This document shows positions 1-6,423 of a DNA stretch of 6,423 nt, one piece after another. The DNA is from Octopus sinensis (lineage: Eukaryota). The stretch spans positions 1-6,423 of the forward strand of contig NW_021829287.1 of NCBI RefSeq assembly GCF_006345805.1, written 5' to 3'. A model generated the notes under the pieces. The model was not told the origin of the DNA, did no database searches, and saw only the letters and a program-made list of their open reading frames with translations. Made by a program: the position numbers and the translations under genes. Position 1 is the stretch's first letter, and each line of letters begins with the position of its first letter.

Positions 1-220
1 TGTTTGGGAAAACAAAAAGGTACCAACATCTATTTACTTTATGGAAATAAAATATTGCTCAGACTTAAATTTATGAGATTTTTTCATACGTAGACTTAAA
101 ATTCTGTTTATCTCGAAATTTTTTATGTATTTGCGTGTACACACATACATTGTCTGTCTAAAACATATGTGTACACCAGAATCTATACTCTAATACCTAA
201 AATATTAACTACATATGTTT

Positions 221-238
221 ATATATACATATTATATA

Positions 239-286
<48 letters not shown>

Positions 287-406
287 AGATGTATATACAT
301 ATATATATATATAGGTTACATATATAATATATATATATATAATATATATACATAATATAATTATATATGCATATATATATTCATATCAATATATATATAC
401 ATATAT
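221..406. repeat. Degenerate (TA)n microsatellite
   Basis: Near-pure TA run at ~245-281 flanked by interrupted TA/CA units. Confidence 0.95.
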
Positions 407-462
407 ATAGATAGATATAATAGATAGATAGATAGTAGATAGATAGATAGATAGATAGATAT

Positions 463-523
<61 letters not shown>

Positions 524-554
524 CTCATAAGATAGATAGATAGATAGATAGATA
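407..554. repeat. (GATA)n tetranucleotide microsatellite
   Basis: Long TAGA/GATA array with a few interruptions, directly continuing the (TA)n tract. Confidence 0.95.
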
Positions 555-672
555 CTTAACTATAAATATATATGCATATATATCAGTAGCAATATATGTG
601 TGTCTGTGTAAGTCATTTCATACTAAATTATATGGCTGATCTTTTCCTGATATTTATGCACGGAGCATGTCC

Positions 673-706
673 GTGTGTTTGTGTGTGAGTGTACGTGTGT
701 GTGTGT
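673..706. repeat. Short degenerate (TG)n tract
   Basis: gtgtgtttgtgtgtgagtgtacgtgtgtgtgtgt. Confidence 0.7.
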
Positions 707-1084
707 TTACATTTTTTTGGCATGTTTGTCTTCGATTATTATTTGTGCATACACTTTAATCTATATCTATGTATACAAAACTGTTACATTTTAGCGGATA
801 GTGATAGAAAACTAGATGTAAGGGGTTGGTTACAAATACACCCTTCGCTATCCAAACGATTCGGATAATTATAATCGAGGTTGGCATAATTTTCACGAAG
901 TGTCTGCCCTCTCAAGTCTACTTTGTGTCTATATAACAGCAATAGCCATCACAGATATGCTGACAGCGCTTATTGACACCGACATTGTCCAGACCCTTAA
1001 TCCCTTGAAAGTAGTTGGGACGCTGCAACCTTGCAGAGTATCTAGGGCGAGAAAGCCTGGTGGATTCCATTCGTCTCCAGACTA

Positions 1085-1232
1085 AACTCATTCCTACATC
1101 TGAGCGAACTGGGACAACCTGAAATGAAGTATTTTCCTCAAGAACACAGCGGAGATTCCTGGCCAGGAATCAAAACTACAATCTTAGGATCGTGACTTCA
1201 ACACCTTAACCACTAAGCCAAGCGCCCCCACA
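1085..1232 (-). mobile_element. tRNA-derived SINE, decayed; 3' boundary uncertain and may extend toward ~900
   Basis: Minus strand has Pol III A-box TGGCTTAGTGG (1210-1220, matches TRGCNNARYGG) and a degenerate B-box GTTTTGATTCC (1166-1176) ~33 nt downstream. It is followed by GTGTTCTTGAGGAAAATACTTCA, similar to the GTGTCCTTGGGCAAGACACTT segment common in metazoan SINE bodies. Resembles an Octopus SINE family from memory. Confidence 0.8.
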
Positions 1233-1430
1233 GGTGCTTAACCAGCTTAAAATAAGAGGTAAATCACTCTGAAACAGTTAATTTTGAAAAATGTCATCTC
1301 TGAATCCACAAAATGTCGTACCTACAATCTGTCATAATAATCAACGAGCCTGAAATCAGAACACCCGAGTGAATTACTGGTGTTTTATCACGATATTAGA
1401 GACTTAATGCAAAAGAGAAAATTTGTATTC

Positions 1431-1850
1431 TACAAGTTTAGATTTACGCTGGTAAATATTGGGGCACTTGGATGTGTAACCAAATGCCTCAATACAAATC
1501 TTGAGGAATGAGGTTTTGCAAGACCAACAAGGAGGGAATTAATTAGAAAACTAGAGATTCAAGCCATCAGTGAAACTGTCAAGCATATAAAATTTTGAGC
1601 ATATGAATACACATGCACGTGTGTATATATGAAATTACATGTATGCGTACACATACATTAAGGAAACCACACAGGTTTGTACATGTCCTGGCCTCAAATA
1701 CTTGCACATATACACACATACATGCACAGCTATCCTGCTGGTGTTGAAATTTTAATGAGGGAGTGCGTTGGATCTTGATTAGAAAGCGATCCATTCGCCA
1801 TTGGAGAGAAAACTGGTTATAAAATTAAAAAATAACATACATTCATACAC
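1431..1850 (+). mobile_element. 3' fragment of an RLE-type (R2/R4/HERO-like) non-LTR retrotransposon: decayed C-terminus of the restriction-like endonuclease ORF plus 3' UTR and (CATA)-like tail
   Basis: Frame 1431-1598 reads YKFRFTLVNIGALGCVTKCLNTNLEE*GFARPTRRELIRKLEIQAISETVKHIKF*. The (V/I)xIGALG motif followed by a basic amphipathic C-terminal helix is typical of RLE LINE C-termini. There is one in-frame stop (1509) and no recognisable frame upstream. UTR extent is inferred from recalled similarity to cephalopod LINE 3' ends. Confidence 0.7.
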
Positions 1851-1874
1851 ATGGAACCGAAAGCATATGGACAC

Positions 1875-2035
1875 AGGAGTGGCAGCGTGGAAAGAAGTTT
1901 GCTTCCGGAACGCCTGGTTCCAGGTTCAGTTTCACTGTGTGCGCCTTGGAGAAGTCTTCTAATATAGCCTCGCGCCGACACAGAAAATTTCAGTGGATAT
2001 GAGAGACGAAACCTTAAAGAAGCCTGTCGTGTGTG
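1875..2035 (+). mobile_element. tRNA-derived SINE ending in a (TA)n tail
   Basis: A-box-like TGGCAGCGTGG (1880-1890) and B-box-like GGTTCAGTTTC (1923-1933) lie ~32 nt apart. They are followed by the GCCTTGGAGAAGTCTTCT core segment and a 3' AAAGAAGCCTGTCGT end running into (TA)n. Resembles a common Octopus SINE from memory. Confidence 0.8.
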
Positions 2036-2048
2036 ATATATATATATG

Positions 2049-2082
<34 letters not shown>

Positions 2083-2132
2083 TATATCTATATATATAAT
2101 ATATATATTATATATATATATATATATATAAT

Positions 2133-2204
<72 letters not shown>
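2036..2204. repeat. (TA)n microsatellite (SINE tail)
   Basis: ~170 bp of TA repeats with sparse interruptions. Confidence 0.97.
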
Positions 2205-2207
<3 letters not shown>

Positions 2208-2530
2208 AAAAAATTAGGGAATATATCCAAATTACAGGGAAAAAAAATCAGATTTAGGATTAAATCAAATTTTATAGTAAATATTATAAAATATTATTTG
2301 AGACAAACCACTACTTGCAAAACAAACAAGGAAAGACTTAATCAATACATAAAATTTAATAAATAGTCAAAAAAACCGCCACTACAATCGTTTCTTGTCT
2401 TGATCGACAATCTTCAGGTGGACTTCCAATCTAAAAATCAAAATTTTAAAATATAAAAATAATACTTTTAATAATTAAGTATAATTGAAAAATATAAGTA
2501 TATAATCCATAATAACCTATATATAATCCA
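2205..2530 (-). mobile_element. Probable Penelope-like element terminal repeat (pLTR) or retrozyme fragment; boundaries approximate
   Basis: Carries a minimal type I hammerhead, the form known from Penelope-like elements and metazoan non-LTR retrozymes, in non-coding AT-rich sequence abutting a (TA)n tract. No RT or GIY-YIG coding sequence is visible. Confidence 0.55.
2379..2421 (-). ncRNA. Minimal type I hammerhead ribozyme
   Basis: Minus strand reads CCAC-CUGAAGA-UUGUC-GAUCAA-GACAA-GAAA-C-GAUU-G-UA-GUGG. Stem I is CCAC/GUGG, the core is CUGANGA, stem II is UUGUC/GACAA with a 6-nt loop, then GAAA, a short stem III, and a GUA cleavage triplet. Predicted cut lies between 2383 and 2382. Confidence 0.9.
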
Positions 2531-2540
2531 TATCGAAAAT

Positions 2541-2945
2541 ATAGACTAATTACCACGAATTCCCTAAAAAAACCATGATAAAACAAAACTCTTAAAACAT
2601 ATAACGATAAAATCTCCCTTTTGCTAAACTCTATAACAAACCTATAAAGTAAACCCCCTAACCTAAACATTCACACACAAATCACACACGTAAACCACAG
2701 ACTCACGACTTATACATACCTATACTAACTTATAAACCTCAATATACACCCAAAAACCACTCCCTCCCCACACAGACAAATTAACCCATACATCCCAAAA
2801 CCTAAATAACAAACCCATATACACATTCACACACAAAAACACACTCACACGCAAAACACTCACACACAAAATACATATACTCCCTCACATATACGCCTAT
2901 ACATACTCACTAAACTCGACATATACAACAATACTTACACCCCAC
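2541..2945 (+). repeat. Module X copy 1 (405 bp, A/C-rich)
   Basis: Colinear with 3157-3561 at ~615 bp offset: ataga..taccacgaatt, taaacattcacacac, ccactccctccccacacagacaaatt, ctccctcacatatacgc, aactcga.atatacaacaata. Confidence 0.95.
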
Positions 2946-2951
2946 AAAAAC

Positions 2952-3089
2952 ATTTATACATTTATGATCTTTAACTCACCTTACCATCTCTAACAAACAA
3001 CTTGCAGTACCCATCCCATTCTCTATGCCTACCTCACTACTACACTATTCCATTCCCATTCCAAGCAACGCTAGTCCACCACCCGGTTA
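2952..3089 (+). repeat. Module Y copy 1
   Basis: atttatacatttatga...tctaacaaacaactt...ccaagcaac.ctagtccaccacccggtta, matching 3964-4098. Confidence 0.93.
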
Positions 3090-3156
3090 TTCACGTGGCA
3101 AAACGAACACCACTCAAAATTATGAATGAAACAATGTAAAAAAATAACCAACCTAA

Positions 3157-3561
3157 ATAGACAAAATACCACGAATTACCTAAAAAAAACCATGATAAAC
3201 CAAAACTCATAAAGCTATAACGATAAAATCTCCCTTGCTAAACCTATAACAAACTTATATAGCATCCCCCTAACCTAAACATTCACACACAAAAAACCCG
3301 CACGTAAACCACAGACCCAAGACTTATACACAAACCTATACTAACTTATAACCTCAATATACACCAAAAACCACTCCCTCCCCACACAGACAAATTAACA
3401 CATACATCCCAAATCCTAAATACCAACCCCAATACACATTCACACACAAACCACACACACACGCAAAACACACACACACAACAGATACATATGCTCCCTC
3501 ACATATACGCATATACATACTCACTAAAACTCGATATATACAACAATATTTACACACCCAC
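3157..3561 (+). repeat. Module X copy 2
   Basis: Direct repeat of 2541-2945 with substitutions that are shared with the inverted copy in the right arm (e.g. aaaacccgcacgtaaaccacagacccaag). Confidence 0.95.
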
Positions 3562-3963
3562 ACTCATACGATAAATAAATTAATTATACAATTAAAACTC
3601 ACAACCAAACTCATATACATAAACACTCTTATAAAACAACAATAAATACATCGTAATTAACCAGAATATCAAAAATAACATTATGACATAAGGATAAATC
3701 AAAATACATACTTACAATTCAGTTACAAATTATGAAGTGAAATTAGATTCTTAGCCGTTAAAAACCAAACAAAATTACGTTTACCATGGAAATAACTAAT
3801 GTAAAAAAGAATACGCGCCATAGAAAGTAAACGTCATTCATAGTATGAATGGAGAAATATAATAAATGGAACTAAAACTATTTCCACGTAGCAACCAACG
3901 CTACTTAAAAAAAAAAAAAAATTTATTATGAATGGATTCTTTAAAAACTATCATGAAAAATCA

Positions 3964-4098
3964 ATTTATACATTTATGAGCTTTAGCTCACCCTAGCAAC
4001 TCTAACAAACAACTTACAGTAACCCATACTCAATGCCTACCTCATTACCACCCTAATCCATTCACAATTCCAAGCAACACTAGTCCACCACCCGGTTA
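3964..4098 (+). repeat. Module Y copy 2 (inside the loop)
   Basis: Direct, moderately diverged repeat of 2952-3089 at ~1010 bp offset. Confidence 0.92.
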
Positions 4099-4277
4099 CA
4101 ATCCAACTCTACCCATTCATTCACAATTTCAACGACATTCCCTTCAACAACGCTACTATAAGCCTCAACATATACACCGGAGATACACTTACACATCCGT
4201 GCGGATGGGTGAGAGTATACATTAAGTGTAGTGAGGGGCCTCCCATTTCTAAACACATTGTACCTGTGTGGTAGTCT

Positions 4278-4400
4278 CCATGTGTATATTCACGCACGTA
4301 ATAAATACAGTGGGTACACGCTCACTTCATTTACTGTACCCCTCACAAGTACATATGCATACTATTTTGGCTCGATATATGCAACAAGTAATCGCGCCCG
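4278..4400 (+). repeat. Old, diverged partial copy of module X (3' third)
   Basis: ccctcaca..catatgcatact..ctcgatatatgcaacaa vs ccctcaca..catatacatact..ctcgatatatacaacaa (3496-3546): 11/12 and 16/17 matching blocks in the same order and spacing. Confidence 0.8.
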
Positions 4401-4747
4401 TATGTGTGCATTCCACTGTTGTGCAATTCACCCATCTGGGTGTGATTGTGTGTAAACTTATCACTGTGGAGGTCGAGCTTGATACGTATATATTAGTGTG
4501 TATTAGGGGTTTGTACGTACTAATTATGTTCGTGCTTCACGCACTTACGTCCATGTATGGAAGAATATATTGGGATTACTATGTAGGTGTAAATAGGTAT
4601 TGGGGGGAGTTTTGTCATTGTATGGGTGTGGGTTTCATTTGTGATGGTGTTAGTTGGTGATTATTAGTATGTTCTGTATATTAGGGCTAGTATGTATTAT
4701 TCAAGTGTGTATAATTGTATACATATAATTGGTGTGAATGGATTACT

Positions 4748-4750
<3 letters not shown>

Positions 4751-4786
<36 letters not shown>

Positions 4787-4796
4787 TATTATTATT
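4751..4796. repeat. T34 homopolymer followed by (ATT)4
   Basis: Directly visible: T at 4751-4784, then attattattatt. Confidence 0.95.
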
Positions 4797-4799
4797 TTA

Positions 4800-4838
4800 G
4801 GGATGTATGTGTTTATTATCCATGTGGGGCTGGAGTGG
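4800..4838 (-). repeat. Old inverted fragment of module X
   Basis: Minus strand ccactccagccccacatggataataaacacatacatccc vs 3371-3410 ccactccctccccacacagacaaattaacacatacatccc. Confidence 0.75.
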
Positions 4839-5648
4839 CCGTTAGGTGCATATGCTGAGGCTCACATGCAAACCCAAGTACAACGAATGAAGTGGGCACT
4901 TATAATTGTTATGGGTGTGTACTTATTATAAAAGACAATACCCAAATAAAATCTGTCAATTCAACATACAAATAAAAAACAAAAACAAAGGGATCTTAAA
5001 CATTCACACATACATACAAAACTCAATAAAAACACCACTAATAACACCCAAAACATATAAATATATCCTCAAAATACATATAACAAATGCAAAATAAAAG
5101 ACATAATACTAAAATAAATAAATAAAAATAAAATAAAAAATAAAAAATCTAATATAAATTATTAAAGTTTTAACGTACCATAAATGCTAAATTAATATAC
5201 ATTAAAAATGAACTAATTAAAACAAAGAAATATCAATAAGACTAACTATAATTAATCCTAGACAACATAACCAAAAATAATCATCTAAACTAATTTAAAA
5301 CTAACGAAAATAACCTAAAAGGGAACTATTATTGCTATTTATCATGAAACTTATTATATAAGTAAAGTAACTTGTGTCTACATTTTCTTTTGCGCTCCTC
5401 CCCAGTATTAAGTAAATTATCATACTTATAAAATAAAATTTCTTTAAACTCATTAGAGCATAAATAACAACAATTAGCTCCTATATTATATGATTTAGTT
5501 TTACAAATTATTTCCCATATTAAACTATAATTAATATTTAGTTATTTAAGACTCAAATATACTTACTAAGTCCGGTTTGAGTTGATTAAGTTTTTATTTT
5601 TAAAAGAATTCAATATGTTGTGCAATTCTTAGTTTATTTTTTTAGGAA

Positions 5649-6423
5649 AATGTTATTTTTTGATATTCTGGTTAATTACGATGTATTTTTGTTGTTTGAT
5701 AAGAGTGTTTATGTATATGAGTTGGTTGTGAGTTTTTTTAATGTATAATTAATTTATTATATCTGTATGAGTGTTGGTGTAAATTTGTTGTATATATCGA
5801 GTTTAGTGAGTATGTATTGCGTATATGTGGAGGGAGCATATGTACTGTTGTGTGTGTGTGTTTTGCGTGTGTGTGTGTTTGTGTGTGAATGTGTATTTGG
5901 TTTGTTATTTAGGATTGGGATGTATGTGTTATTTGTCTGTGTGGGGAGGGATGGTTTTTGGTGTATATTGAGGTTTATAAGTTAGTATAGGTTTGTGTAT
6001 AAGTCTTGGGTCTGTGGTTTACGTGCGGGTTTTTGGTGTGTGAATGTTTAGGTTAGGGGGATTGCTATATAAGTTTGTTATAGGGTTTAGCAAAGGGAGA
6101 TTTTTATCGTTATATGCTTTTATGAGTTTTGGTTTATCATGGGTTTTTTTAGGTAAATTCGTGGTATTTTTCTATTTTAGGTATTGGTTATTTTTTTTAC
6201 ATTGTTTCATTCATAATTTTTGAGTGGTGTTCGTTTTGCCACGTGAATAACCGGTGGTGGACTAGCGTTGCTTGGAATGGGAATTGAATAGGTAATAGTG
6301 TAGTAGGAGTAGGCATAGAGAATGGGATTGGGTTACTGCAAGTTGTTTGTTGAGATGGTAAGGTGAGTTAAAGATCATAATGTATATAATGTTTGTGGGT
6401 GTTAAGTATTGTTTGTATATGTC
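5649..6423 (-). repeat. Right arm of the long inverted repeat (truncated by window end)
   Basis: Reverse complement of 2918-3682; G/T-rich mirror of the A/C-rich left arm. Confidence 0.95.

Larger units (their letters stand above)
2918..3682 (+). repeat. Left arm (visible part) of a long inverted repeat
   Basis: The reverse complement of 5649-6423 aligns end to end: gacatatac at 2918 pairs with the window end, and ccagaatatcaaaaataacatt at 3661-3682 pairs with 5649-5672. Confidence 0.95.

Noticed and set aside
796-853. Possible hairpin GGATAGTGA/TCGCTATCC with inner AAGGG/CCCTT
   Set aside because: Needs a large bulge and matches no RNA family I know; likely chance.
900-1085. 61-aa ORF
   Set aside because: No recognisable motif; short; adjoins or overlaps a SINE on the opposite strand.
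1579-1794. 71-aa minus-strand ORF
   Set aside because: Antisense to the LINE 3' UTR, low-complexity CA/TG sequence.
1993-2205. 70-aa ORF of YI repeats
   Set aside because: Translation of a SINE end plus (TA)n microsatellite.
3861-3921. AATAAA, small hairpin GTAGC/GCTAC and A15
   Set aside because: Signal-to-tail distance is ~40 nt, there is no TSD, and such motifs are frequent in AT-rich DNA.
4071-4272. Frame reading ...LNIYTGDTLTHPCGWVRVYIK..., loosely like a gypsy protease segment
   Set aside because: No D(S/T)G catalytic motif, upstream stops, and no other LTR-element features.
4268-4931. ORFs 4231-4455, 4268-4660 (130 aa) and 4692-4931
   Set aside because: V/C/Y/F-biased products expected from G/T-rich DNA and the T34 tract; no domain recognised; they overlap diverged repeat modules.
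5560-5675. Faint resemblance of GAAAATGTTATT..GATATTCTGGTT to a mitochondrial LSU rRNA domain II motif
   Set aside because: Short AT-rich match. The highly conserved 3' rRNA motifs are absent, and the segment straddles the repeat-arm boundary. A covariance-model search would be needed.
5767-6250. Hydrophobic frames on the G/T-rich strand resembling mitochondrial membrane proteins (also 3354-3563 minus, 2446-2670 minus and ~4790-5155 minus under code 5)
   Set aside because: Stop codons are rare by composition, the frames are not conserved between repeat copies, and no cox/cob/nad/atp signature motif could be identified.
1-6423. Further hammerheads, CRISPR arrays, tRNA genes or bacterial genes
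   Set aside because: I saw no second CUGANGA/GAAA core with stems on either strand and no repeat-spacer pattern. The tRNA-like boxes belong to decayed SINEs.

Overview
AT-rich, non-coding eukaryotic genomic DNA with no credible intact gene; the supplied ORFs are microsatellite or composition artefacts. The SINE and LINE sequences resemble Octopus/cephalopod interspersed repeats as I recall them; this was not database-checked. The window has two parts. (1) 1-2530 is a retroelement and microsatellite graveyard: (TA)n and (GATA)n tracts, two tRNA-derived SINEs in opposite orientation, the decayed 3' end of an RLE-type LINE, and a probable Penelope-like terminal fragment carrying a complete minimal type I hammerhead ribozyme on the minus strand (2379-2421). 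(2) 2541-6423 is an unexplained, strongly strand-skewed modular block. A 405-bp module X and a ~135-bp module Y recur in direct and inverted, young and old copies. A >=765-bp inverted repeat (2918-3682 / 5649-6423, right arm cut by the window edge) encloses a ~1.97-kb loop. This block could be a foldback-like element, organelle/control-region-like DNA, or partly a noisy long-read artefact.
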